50,646 nt of DNA from a virus: positions 1-50,646 of the IMG/VR virus record IMGVR_UViG_3300045450_000119. One strand, given 5' to 3'. The notes below the pieces were generated by a model. It was not told where the DNA came from, made no database searches, and was given only the letters and a program-made list of their open reading frames with translations. The translations under genes were made by a program, and so were the position numbers. Of this stretch, positions 7,768 through 16,528 are shown in pieces; positions within the stretch are counted from its first letter, which is position 1, and the number at the start of each line of letters is the position of its first letter.

Positions 7768-8087
7768 CCGACCTGGTCATCCTCGCCCGCAGCGAGGAGG
7801 AGGCGGCGGCCGCGTGGCAGCTGGTCGACCCCGGCTTCACCCAGATGCCGATGCTCGCGGCCGCCGCCGGCCAGATCGAGGATCTCGTCGGCCAGAACCC
7901 GGTCGTGGTCGTCGTCGCCCACTGGCAGGAAGGCGTGCTCCGCCCCAGCCACCGCGACGTCGCCCGGCTGCTCGCCTACCGGGCGCTGCACGACTGGACG
8001 CTCATGCAGATCGCCCTGCCGCAGTTCTGCGAGCACTGCGCACGCGAGATCGCCGAAGGTCGCATGGTCGAAGGGATCCAGCCGTGA
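7764..8087 (+). CDS. Hypothetical protein (107 aa)
   Basis: ATGA overlap. It is the in-frame part of track ORF 7713-8087. Confidence 0.7.
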   Translation: MTDLVILARSEEEAAAAWQLVDPGFTQMPMLAAAAGQIEDLVGQNPVVVVVAHWQEGVLRPSHRDVARLLAYRALHDWTLMQIALPQFCEHCAREIAEGRMVEGIQP

Positions 8088-8206
8088 CGGGCCGGTACCC
8101 CGACGAGCCGCCGTGCATCTGCACCTACTGGCTCGACACCCCCGCCGGCCGCGAGGACCGGCTCGACAAGCCCAACTGCCCATACCACCACCCGAAGGAG
8201 GACTGA
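8084..8206 (+). CDS. Hypothetical 40-aa Cys/His-rich peptide
   Basis: GTGA overlap. Translation is VTGRYPDEPPCICTYWLDTPAGREDRLDKPNCPYHHPKED. Below the track cut-off for this start. Confidence 0.5.
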   Translation: MTGRYPDEPPCICTYWLDTPAGREDRLDKPNCPYHHPKED

Positions 8207-8209
8207 CCG

Positions 8210-9847
8210 ATGATCGCCGACACGCTCCCCAACGGCTTCCGCTCTCAGCAGGTGCTCGGTTCGATGGACGTGCTGCTCAAGCGCTCGCTGCTGCTGGCCG
8301 ACCAGCCCGGCACCGGGAAGACGCTGCAGGCGCTGCTCGCCCTCGAGCTCGACGGTGCCTTCACCGGGAAGCGGCCGTACTCGGCGCTCATCATGACCAA
8401 CACGACCGGATGCCAGCTGACGTGGGCCGGGGAGCTGCGTCGCCGGATCCTGTCGCAGTACCCCGACGTCGTGATCTGCGACCTCACCGACACTCGCGGC
8501 AAGAAGACGATGCCCTCACTCGCGGTGCGCAACGACCGGGTGGCGCAGGCGATGATGCAGGCGCGCGACACCGGCGCCGCGCTCGTCGTGCTCACCAACT
8601 TCGAGGCGCTGCGCATCGTGGCCGGCCAGCAGCCGAAAGTGTCGCACCTGTTCGACATCACCTTCGACGCCGTCGTCATCGACGAGTCGCAGCTGGTGCT
8701 GCCCACCACCGAAGACGGCACCGGCAAGGTGTCGCAGTTCTGGCGGGGGCTCATGCGTCTGCGCATCGCCGAGCGCGCGATCCGCCTGGATATGTCGGGC
8801 ACCCCCGACCGCGGCAAGCTCGAGAACCGCTACGGGCACTGGAAGTTCCTGCACCCCCGCTCGCACACCAACTACTGGGGCTGGGTGGCCGCGCACTTCT
8901 TCACCTGGCGCGAGGTCGTCGGCGAGAAGCGCCTCCCGAACGGCCAGCGTCAGAAGATCGAGGCGACCATCATCGGCGGCCTCAAGAACCCGGCCGCGTG
9001 GGTGGAGTACGAGCACCAGCACATGCTGCGCCGCACGAAGAAGGAGATGTTGAAAGGCCTGCCCGAGAAGCAGTGGGCTTCCGACGGCGCGGTGGAGCTC
9101 GACCTCACCCCCGCGCAGCTGCGCCAGCACGCCGACTTCCGCGCCGACCTCGACGCCCGCAAGCTCGAGTACATCGCCGCCGACGAGCCCGGGAAGGCGT
9201 CCGCCCTCGAGCTGCAGTGGCCGATGCGCTCGCGCCAGATCGCCACGTGCACGTGGAACTTTGAGATCACGGAAGACGCGAACGGCGAGCCGCACATGCA
9301 CGGCACCCCGCTCGTCGCCGGCCCGGAGTCTTCCAACAAGCTCGCCTGGCTGCTCAACTGGATGCAGGAGCGCGGGTACGTCCGCGGCCAGGACTTCGAC
9401 GTCACCGGTGGCAAGGTAGTGATCGTCTCGTTCTTCACCGAGGTGCTCGAGTGGCTCAAGCTCGAGCTCGCGGCCGCCAACATCGAGGCCGAGGTGATGT
9501 CGGGCGACACCCCGGCGCCGCAGAAGCTGGCGATCGAGGAGCGCTTCCAGCGTGGCGACTTGCGGGTGATACTTTTGTCGGGTTACCTTGGCGTGTCGAT
9601 CAACCTCGACGCCGCCGACGACATGATCTTCGCGGACCCGAACCACGACCCCGACCGCATGGAGCAGGCCGAGGACCGCATCCACCGCGCCAGCCGCGAC
9701 CACCAGGTGATGTACTGGCGCCTCTGCTCCCTCGGAACCTCCGACCCCGACGTGATCGCCGCCATCGACGACCGCTACCGCACAACCAGAACCATCTACG
9801 ACGGATCCCGCGGCGTCACCCACGCCCGCGCCGGTATCCGCCGCTGA
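8210..9847 (+). CDS. SNF2/RAD54-family helicase (SF2)
   Basis: Motifs seen are LLLADQPGTGKT (Walker A), VVIDESQ (DExx), and the helicase-C region ILLSGYLGVSINLDAADDMIFADPNHDPDRMEQAEDRIHR. Confidence 0.85.
   Translation: MIADTLPNGFRSQQVLGSMDVLLKRSLLLADQPGTGKTLQALLALELDGAFTGKRPYSALIMTNTTGCQLTWAGELRRRILSQYPDVVICDLTDTRGKKTMPSLAVRNDRVAQAMMQARDTGAALVVLTNFEALRIVAGQQPKVSHLFDITFDAVVIDESQLVLPTTEDGTGKVSQFWRGLMRLRIAERAIRLDMSGTPDRGKLENRYGHWKFLHPRSHTNYWGWVAAHFFTWREVVGEKRLPNGQRQKIEATIIGGLKNPAAWVEYEHQHMLRRTKKEMLKGLPEKQWASDGAVELDLTPAQLRQHADFRADLDARKLEYIAADEPGKASALELQWPMRSRQIATCTWNFEITEDANGEPHMHGTPLVAGPESSNKLAWLLNWMQERGYVRGQDFDVTGGKVVIVSFFTEVLEWLKLELAAANIEAEVMSGDTPAPQKLAIEERFQRGDLRVILLSGYLGVSINLDAADDMIFADPNHDPDRMEQAEDRIHRASRDHQVMYWRLCSLGTSDPDVIAAIDDRYRTTRTIYDGSRGVTHARAGIRR
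9565..9590 (+). promoter_or_regulatory. Promoter-like element inside the SNF2 CDS (GGTGATACTTTTGTCGGGTTACCTTG)
   Basis: 13/13 identity to the start of the 35938 leader. It is encoded with rare A/T-ending codons (ata ctt ttg ... ggt tac ctt) in an otherwise high-GC3 gene. Confidence 0.35.
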
Positions 9848-9862
9848 CACGAAGGAGACACC

Positions 9863-10246
9863 ATGACCGACCAGATGAACGAAGCGCACCGCGAGCAAGG
9901 GCGCATCGCCGAGATCCGCGCCCGCTTCCAGACGGTCGCCCCCGACCAGGAGCAGGCCTACTTCCTCACCTACAACCGCGAGCAGTTCGCGGATCTCGCG
10001 CAGATGCTCGCCGAGCAGACCGCGCCGTGCCGCGAGCAGGCGCTCGCGCTCACCCACCTCGAGCAGGCGAAGTTCTGGGCGAACCAGGCGATCGTGCACA
10101 ACGGGCTGCACCCGAACGTCGTCGAGCAGCTCGAGGCGCTGCGCAACCAGCCCGAGCCCGAAGAGCCCGAAGAGACGCCCGACTCCGAGTTCACCGGCGA
10201 GCCCCTCTTCGACGACGACCTCATCGGCACCGGGCCGACCGCCTGA
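9863..10246 (+). CDS. Small helical protein with acidic tail; possible Acb2/Tad-type hairpin motif
   Basis: ATG follows GAAGGAGACACC. The motif PCREQALALTHLEQAKFWANQAI resembles the (S)LAxTxLEEAxMWAxxAI hairpin that I recall from N4 gp49 / Sf6 gp66-type proteins. This is not verified. Confidence 0.7.
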   Translation: MTDQMNEAHREQGRIAEIRARFQTVAPDQEQAYFLTYNREQFADLAQMLAEQTAPCREQALALTHLEQAKFWANQAIVHNGLHPNVVEQLEALRNQPEPEEPEETPDSEFTGEPLFDDDLIGTGPTA

Positions 10247-10278
10247 CCCTCCACCACCACCGAACGAAGGAGAACACC

Positions 10279-11034
10279 GTGACCACGTCCAACTGGACCC
10301 CCGAGCAGGGCGAGCCGAAGCAGACCGACTTCGAGGGCGACTTCCGCGCCTTCGCCCAGGCCCGCCTCGCCTACGGCAAGTACGTCGCCGAGCAGGCCGC
10401 CGCGGCGCCCGCCGGCGAGACGGTCGAGACGGCCGCCGCCGAGGCTCCCCTCGTCGTCCCGCCGCCCGTCGCCCCGCCGGCAACCGTGATCGCCGTCAAG
10501 CCGGCCGGCGACCCGCTCGCTGCGCTGCAGCAGAACGACGAGCCGGGCATGGGCTACGCCGTCGACCCCGACATCGAGGACCGCAGCGTCGAGGTCGAGG
10601 CCAACGAGTACCACGAGGCCTTCGTGCAGGGCGACGACGGCGAGTACGGCGCCGACGTCGTCGACGAGCAGGCCGTGCACGAGCTGCAGCAGGAGGCCGC
10701 GGCGGCCGCCGCCGAGACGGAGAAGCCGAAGCCGAAGCGCACCCGCGCGCCGCGCGAGCTGCCCGAGGCCGACGAGCTCGACGCCGTGCTCGCGTCGTTC
10801 GCGAAGCCGGATCCCGAGGTCGACGCCGTCACCCTCTGGCGCCGGGAGCAGAAGCGGGAGCTCTCCGCGCGCGCAGGTGGAATCGCTCAGCTGCTCGCCA
10901 CCCTGGCGGTGACCCCTGAGCAGCGCGCGCTCGTTCTCACCGCCAGCAAGACGGCGCAGCGTCTTGTCGCGCAGGGCGAGAAGGTCATCGACACGCTGCA
11001 CGAGGACCAGGTGCAGCGGATCCTCGGCTCGTGA
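10279..11034 (+). CDS. Hypothetical protein (251 aa), acidic/Ala-Pro-rich centre
   Basis: GTG follows GAAGGAGAACACC. It is the in-frame part of track ORF 9451-11034. Confidence 0.65.
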   Translation: MTTSNWTPEQGEPKQTDFEGDFRAFAQARLAYGKYVAEQAAAAPAGETVETAAAEAPLVVPPPVAPPATVIAVKPAGDPLAALQQNDEPGMGYAVDPDIEDRSVEVEANEYHEAFVQGDDGEYGADVVDEQAVHELQQEAAAAAAETEKPKPKRTRAPRELPEADELDAVLASFAKPDPEVDAVTLWRREQKRELSARAGGIAQLLATLAVTPEQRALVLTASKTAQRLVAQGEKVIDTLHEDQVQRILGS

Positions 11035-11900
11035 CCGTCAAGCTCTCCGCGAACCGGCCGTTCCTGCCCGTCGTCAAGCTCCCCGGTGCCCAGTCGGCGC
11101 AGGACGTGCTGGCCGAGGGCTGGCTGCGCGAGCTCTACCAGGGCATCGCCGACACGATGGACACGGAGCGCTCGCAACAAACGAAGATCGGCATCTCCGA
11201 GATCGGTCACAAGTGCCAGAAGTGCCTCGCACGGAAGCTGTCCGGGCTCTACCCAGACGACGGCGGCTCGCCGGAGGATGGGTGGAAGGCGCAGGTCGGC
11301 ACGATGGGCCACGCCTACCTCGAGGAGCACTTCGGCGCTCGCTGGCGCGAGCGGGTCGTGCACCCGGGCGAGAGCACGCCGCGCCTCTCGGAAGGCTGGG
11401 ACGGCCAGGCGCCGACCGATGAGCGCCCCTGGTTTTACCTCGAGCACACCGTGCACGTGGACAGCTACCGGGGCATGGAGCTCGACGGCCACTGCGACCT
11501 CTACATCCGCGGCGCCACCTTCGGGATGGTCGTCGACTGGAAGTTCCCCGGGCCGCCGAAGATGAAAGAGTTCGCCGCCGGCAAGCCCGGCCAGGTGTAC
11601 GAGATCCAGCAGAACACGTACGGCTTCGGCTGGGCGCTGCAGGGCTTCCCCGTCACCCACGTCTGCCTGTTCGCTCTCCCCCGGGAAGGCAACCTGGACG
11701 ACGCCTCGCCGAACCTGGCACGCTTCGAGCCGGAGCGCACGATCGAGCGCCTCGAGCTCGTGCACCAGCTGATCGACGTCGCCGAGATGGCAGGATGGCC
11801 TTCCGTCATCTCGACCGCCCCGGCCGCCACGTTCTGCTACGACTGCAAGCGCTACAACAAGCTCGAGCAGCGCGGCTTCCTGTCCGCGATGTTCGAGTGA
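11031..11900 (+). CDS. Cas4/RecB-like PD-(D/E)xK exonuclease with Cys cluster
   Basis: Motifs seen are GHCDLY...VVDWKF (D...D/ExK), EIQQNTYGFG (QxxxY), N-terminal HKCQKC and C-terminal FCYDCKRY cysteines. Confidence 0.8.
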   Translation: MTVKLSANRPFLPVVKLPGAQSAQDVLAEGWLRELYQGIADTMDTERSQQTKIGISEIGHKCQKCLARKLSGLYPDDGGSPEDGWKAQVGTMGHAYLEEHFGARWRERVVHPGESTPRLSEGWDGQAPTDERPWFYLEHTVHVDSYRGMELDGHCDLYIRGATFGMVVDWKFPGPPKMKEFAAGKPGQVYEIQQNTYGFGWALQGFPVTHVCLFALPREGNLDDASPNLARFEPERTIERLELVHQLIDVAEMAGWPSVISTAPAATFCYDCKRYNKLEQRGFLSAMFE

Positions 11901-11941
11901 CCACCACCCCTCACCACCACCACCAGCACAAGGAGATCACC

Positions 11942-12853
11942 ATGACTGAGTTCGGCACCTACGGCGGCACCACCGCCGCGCAGCCCGCCGCCGCCACCGA
12001 GGCCGACGCCTGGGCCGCCCTCGCCGGGGGCACGGCCCGCAAGTCGCTGCGCCTCACCTACGACGACCCGAGCACCGGCCAGCGCGTCAACCAGCCGGTT
12101 GGCTACGTCGTCGAAGGCACCAGCACCGAGCCGCCGCGCCGCGTCCAGCGCCGCAACTACGACACGAACGAGCTCGAGTTCTGGGACGACGGCAACCCGA
12201 TCTACGACGTCGTCATCCCGCTGCAGACCAACCTCCGTATCGACGAGGAGGACGACGGGATCCGCGACTTCTACATCAAGGGCAAGGACAAGCAGCAGGC
12301 TCTGCAGGCGGCGATGCAGGAGGCGGGGGTGCAGAAGTTCGGCGTCGGCTCGCATTTCCACATCCAGATCGTCGGCTACCGGCCGACGAAGGGCCAGCCG
12401 GTCGCGCAGCTCAAGATCACCCTGCGCCCCACCGAGCACCTCACCCCGGCGCAGGCGCAGCTCGCTACCGGAATGCAGCAGCCGCCCGCCCCGGTGCACA
12501 ACGGCGGCCAGCAGTGGGCCGCGCAGGCGCCCACCCCGCCGCCCGCGGCCGCGCAGCCCCAGCTGCCGACCCCGCCCGCACCGCCGATCACCTCGCAGGA
12601 TCTCTGGCAGACGCAGCAGGCGACGGCGCCCGCGGCGCCCGCGGCGCCGATCGCGCCGATCGCGCCGCCCGCCCCCCCGGCGCCGCCCGCGAACGGCTTC
12701 ACGGCCGCTGACATCCAGCGCGGCATCGACTCGTTCCCCGCCTTCACCGCGGCGGGCTACGACCGGGCCACGTCCATCCAGATGATCGCGGAGGCGGTGC
12801 AGCCCGGCAACGCGGCCTACCGCGCCGCGCTCGACACCGAGATCCCCTTCTAG
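11942..12853 (+). CDS. SSB-like protein: globular N-domain, Pro/Gln/Ala-rich linker, C-terminal ...DTEIPF tip
   Basis: The domain layout and terminal EIPF mirror bacterial SSB, which ends in DDDIPF. It sits between the nuclease and primase genes and is followed by a strong terminator. Confidence 0.6.
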   Translation: MTEFGTYGGTTAAQPAAATEADAWAALAGGTARKSLRLTYDDPSTGQRVNQPVGYVVEGTSTEPPRRVQRRNYDTNELEFWDDGNPIYDVVIPLQTNLRIDEEDDGIRDFYIKGKDKQQALQAAMQEAGVQKFGVGSHFHIQIVGYRPTKGQPVAQLKITLRPTEHLTPAQAQLATGMQQPPAPVHNGGQQWAAQAPTPPPAAAQPQLPTPPAPPITSQDLWQTQQATAPAAPAAPIAPIAPPAPPAPPANGFTAADIQRGIDSFPAFTAAGYDRATSIQMIAEAVQPGNAAYRAALDTEIPF

Positions 12854-12868
12854 GTCCTCGCCCCCATC

Positions 12869-12907
12869 GAAGGCGCCCCGTCCGCTCTATGCTGACGGGG
12901 CGCCTTC
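12869..12907 (+). terminator. Stem-loop terminator (14-bp perfect stem GAAGGCGCCCCGTC / GACGGGGCGCCTTC, 11-nt loop)
   Basis: Read directly. It starts 16 nt after the stop at 12853. There is no U-tract. Confidence 0.7.
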
Positions 12908-12950
12908 GCGTCACCCCGCCGCCGCCGCCGCCATCACAGGAAGGGGCACC

Positions 12951-15614
12951 GTGTCTGTCACCACCGACACCTCTGGTTTCCTCACACTTCTCGCTCTGCT
13001 CCGCCGCACCGACGGCCAGATCCGCATCGCCACCAGCGTCGACGGGCAGTTCTACGCCCCCAACGTCGTCGCCATCGAGAACGTCGTCAAAGCCGTCGAC
13101 GCCCTCCGTGACCGCGGTGCGCACGCCTGGTTCGAGGTGAACCCGTCCGGGCCGCGCCCTCCCGGCCGCCGCGCGCAGGCCACCGACATCACGCGCCTCG
13201 CCGCCCTCTGGGCCGACCTCGACCTCAAGGAGGGCGGGCTCGCGACCGAGGAGGACATCGACCTGGTCATCGACGACCTGGCCTTCATGCTCGGCCGCGA
13301 CCCGGCCGCCGTCGTCAGCACCGGTGGTGGCAAGCACGCCTACTGGCCGATCGCCGACGGCGACATCACGGACGCGAACTACCCGGCCATCCGGGCCCGC
13401 CTGGACCGCTGGAAGCTCATGGTGCAGCAGGCGGCCGCCACGCAGGGCGGGCACGTCGACTCCGTCTTCGACCTCCCCCGCATCCTCCGAGTGCCGGGCA
13501 CGCTGAACCCCAAGTACACCCCCGCCCGCGAGGTGACGATGGTCACGGCCGAGGCCCGCCCGCTGACGCTCGCGGAGATCGACGAGGCTTTCGAGGCCTA
13601 CGACATCCCGGCCGTCGTCGAGCAGGACTTCCGTTTCGACGCCTCCTCCTTCTCGCCGTCGACGACGTGGGCGTGGGCCGAGCAGGACTGCCACTTCGTG
13701 TCGCAGCTGCGCAGCGAGATCTCGACGTCGGTCCCGAACGCGCGCCACCCGTGGCTGGTGAAGCAGGCGATCCTCCTGCACTGCCTCGTGCGCAACGGCT
13801 GCGTGACCGAGCGGACCTTCATGGAAGACCTCGTCCCCCTGCTCGCGCGCCGCTTCGACTGGATCTGCGCGAACGTCGGCGAGCCGCGCCCCGTCTCCGA
13901 GAACGAGCTCGGCGGCGCCCTCGTCTACGGCCGCAACCAGGTGCAGAAGATGGCGCCGGAGAAGCTGCTCGACGAGCTGCGCGGCCACTGGCACGACGAC
14001 TTCGTCGACGCGCTCGTCGAGGCCCCCGCCGCCCCCGCGCTCCCGGTGGCGCCCCCCACGCCGGCCGGGCTGGTCACGCCGCCGCCGCTCGCGCCCGCCG
14101 CCACCACCCCGGCCGCGCCGTCAGCGATCGCCGACGCCGAAGCGCCGAGCAACGTCACCTCGATCGTCACGCGCCAGCAGGTCACCGGTGGCCCCGCCGC
14201 CCTCAGCGTCGGCGCGCTCGCCCTCAACGTCGACCAGCGCGAGCAGCAGCGCTACGCCCGCGCGAACCTCTCCGACCTCGGCAACGGCGAGCGCCTCGCC
14301 GCCTGGATGCGCGGCAAGGCGATCTACGTCCCCGGGCTCGGCTGGCACGTCTGGGAGGACGGGCGCTACGTCCCCGACCTCGCCAACGCCGCGCAGGAGC
14401 ACGCGAAGGATGCGGCGCTCGCGTACGGCGCCCAGGCGATCCGCTCCGAGGCCGAGCAGAAGTGGGCCTACCAGTCCTACTCCGCCGGGAAGATCTCGGC
14501 CGCGCTCGCCCTCGCCTCGTCCGTCTCCCACGTCGTCACCCCGCTGCCCCAGCTGGACACGGACGGCCGGGAGATGTGCACGCCCGGCGGCGTCGTCGAC
14601 CTCGCCACCGGGACCATGCGCCCCGCCGACCCGCACGTCGACCGCCACACGAAGCGCACCCTCGTCACCCCGGATGCGAAGCACCCGATGCCGCGCTTCG
14701 TCGCCCTCATGCAGTGGGCGCTCGGCGGCGACGAGGAGATGATCGCCTACGTCCAGCGCCTCTTCGGCCTGGCCGCGATCGGCGAGCTCCGCAGCCACAT
14801 CCTCCCGATCTTCAAAGGCCGCGGCGGCAACGGGAAGTCGCTCATCCTCGGCATCGTGCTCGAGCTGTTCGGCTCGTACGGCGTGCGCATCCCCGGGGAC
14901 CTGCTGGTCGAGAAGTCGATGAGCGCCCACCCCACTGGACTGGCATCGCTGCGCGGCGCGCGCTTCGCCCTCGGCTCCGAGGTGCCGCCCGGTGCGCGCT
15001 TCGACGAGGCCCTCGTCAAGGAGCTCACCGGCGACCAGACGCTGACGGCCCGCTACATGGGCAAGGACTTCATCACGTTCGTGAACACGTGGACGCCGTT
15101 CCTCAGCCTCAACCACCTGCCCGGCGTGGCCGTCGGCGGCCCATCCTGGTGGCGCCGTATCCGCATCGTGCCGTTCGACGCGAAGATCACCGGCCCCGAA
15201 GACCCGGACCTGCACCGGCAGATCATCGCCTCCGAAGGCCCCGGCATCCTCGCCTGGGTGATCGCCGGTGCGCGCGACGTCCTCGAGCACGGCGAGCGCC
15301 CCCCGAAGCCGGTCCTCGACGCGACCGCCGAGTACCGCCAGGAGGAGGACCGCCTCGCGCAGTTCGTCCACAAGAAGCTGGTGATCGCGCCCGGCATGAC
15401 CGTCTCCCGCGAGGCGGTCTACGGCGCCTACTGCGCCTGGTGCATGAAGATGAACCTGCGCGCTCTCGGCGGGATCAAGTTCGCCCGAGAGATGCTCATG
15501 GCCTACCCCGACTCCGGGGACGCGGGCGAGTCCGTCTACGCGGGCTTCGCCCTCGCGGTGCCCACGATGGACCCGGAGAGCGCGGCTTTCCAGATGATGA
15601 ACGGCGGGATCTGA
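12951..15614 (+). CDS. Bifunctional AEP primase-polymerase / D5-P4-type SF3 helicase
   Basis: Motifs seen are ALWADLDLK (DxD), GGGKHAYWPI (primase motif) and a C-terminal NTPase with FKGRGGNGKS (Walker A). 887 aa. Confidence 0.85.
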   Translation: MSVTTDTSGFLTLLALLRRTDGQIRIATSVDGQFYAPNVVAIENVVKAVDALRDRGAHAWFEVNPSGPRPPGRRAQATDITRLAALWADLDLKEGGLATEEDIDLVIDDLAFMLGRDPAAVVSTGGGKHAYWPIADGDITDANYPAIRARLDRWKLMVQQAAATQGGHVDSVFDLPRILRVPGTLNPKYTPAREVTMVTAEARPLTLAEIDEAFEAYDIPAVVEQDFRFDASSFSPSTTWAWAEQDCHFVSQLRSEISTSVPNARHPWLVKQAILLHCLVRNGCVTERTFMEDLVPLLARRFDWICANVGEPRPVSENELGGALVYGRNQVQKMAPEKLLDELRGHWHDDFVDALVEAPAAPALPVAPPTPAGLVTPPPLAPAATTPAAPSAIADAEAPSNVTSIVTRQQVTGGPAALSVGALALNVDQREQQRYARANLSDLGNGERLAAWMRGKAIYVPGLGWHVWEDGRYVPDLANAAQEHAKDAALAYGAQAIRSEAEQKWAYQSYSAGKISAALALASSVSHVVTPLPQLDTDGREMCTPGGVVDLATGTMRPADPHVDRHTKRTLVTPDAKHPMPRFVALMQWALGGDEEMIAYVQRLFGLAAIGELRSHILPIFKGRGGNGKSLILGIVLELFGSYGVRIPGDLLVEKSMSAHPTGLASLRGARFALGSEVPPGARFDEALVKELTGDQTLTARYMGKDFITFVNTWTPFLSLNHLPGVAVGGPSWWRRIRIVPFDAKITGPEDPDLHRQIIASEGPGILAWVIAGARDVLEHGERPPKPVLDATAEYRQEEDRLAQFVHKKLVIAPGMTVSREAVYGAYCAWCMKMNLRALGGIKFAREMLMAYPDSGDAGESVYAGFALAVPTMDPESAAFQMMNGGI

Positions 15615-16528
15615 TGGAGCGACCGAAGGCCTACGTGCTCGACAGCGGGCTCGACGCGACAGCGGTGTGCCTCGCGTGCCGCGGCGACCAGCACGAGTCG
15701 TGCACCTACGGCTTCGAGGACCTCCTCGCGCCGGGGGAGGTGTGCTGCTGCGCCGGCCAGTTCGCTGCGCCGCGGCACGCGCTGACGCAGGAGATCGCGC
15801 AGGGCTTCGGCATGCTCGCTGTCGGCGTCGAAGGTGAGCCCGCGCCCGCCCCGGCGCCGGGGACGCGGAAGAAGCCGGCCCCGGTCGAAGACGGCGGCGA
15901 GCTCGGCGGGGCGCTCGAGCCGCAGGTCCCGCAGCTGCCGGCGCGCCAGCTCGGCGACTCCGGCTACATCCACCCCGACGCCTGGAACTCGACGGCCGAC
16001 ATCGGCACCCTCAAAGACCCGGCCAGCACGGGCCGCAAGCGCGCGGCCGACATGTTCGCCATCCCGCAGGGCTACGTCTGTGAGTGGGCCCGGAAGAAGA
16101 ACTGCGGCGGCGGCGTGCACCCGATCGTCGGCTGCGTCGGCTACCCCGCCCAGGACATCCACCACGGGCCCGACAAGTCGACGCTGAACAACGCGAAGGT
16201 GACGTGGGGCATCGGCACGACCGAGAACGTGCACCTGATCTGCTCGTTCTGCCACAACACGTGGCACGCTCGCAACAACGGGACCTACCCGCCGTACGAC
16301 CGCACGAAGCAGCAGGAGCAGCCCTGGCTGCCCTACTCCGAGGACCCGTGGCCCGATCAGGTGATGGTCGAGATCAGCTCCGAGGAGGCCTACGCGGAAG
16401 ACGAACGCCGACGCAAGGAGAACGCGAAGAATGGACGAGCCACTGGCAACGGGCGGGTCGGCCGACGAGCCGACGGCTCCGGCATCCTCGACGACGACGA
16501 GCCCGACGGAGAACCCGACGAGGGCTAA
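15614..16528 (+). CDS. HNH (His-Me finger) endonuclease with Cys-rich N-terminal region
   Basis: TGATG overlap. The motif is DIHHGPDKSTLNN...NVHLICSFCHNTWH, and the N-terminus has CLAC...C...CCC. Confidence 0.7.
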   Translation: MERPKAYVLDSGLDATAVCLACRGDQHESCTYGFEDLLAPGEVCCCAGQFAAPRHALTQEIAQGFGMLAVGVEGEPAPAPAPGTRKKPAPVEDGGELGGALEPQVPQLPARQLGDSGYIHPDAWNSTADIGTLKDPASTGRKRAADMFAIPQGYVCEWARKKNCGGGVHPIVGCVGYPAQDIHHGPDKSTLNNAKVTWGIGTTENVHLICSFCHNTWHARNNGTYPPYDRTKQQEQPWLPYSEDPWPDQVMVEISSEEAYAEDERRRKENAKNGRATGNGRVGRRADGSGILDDDEPDGEPDEG

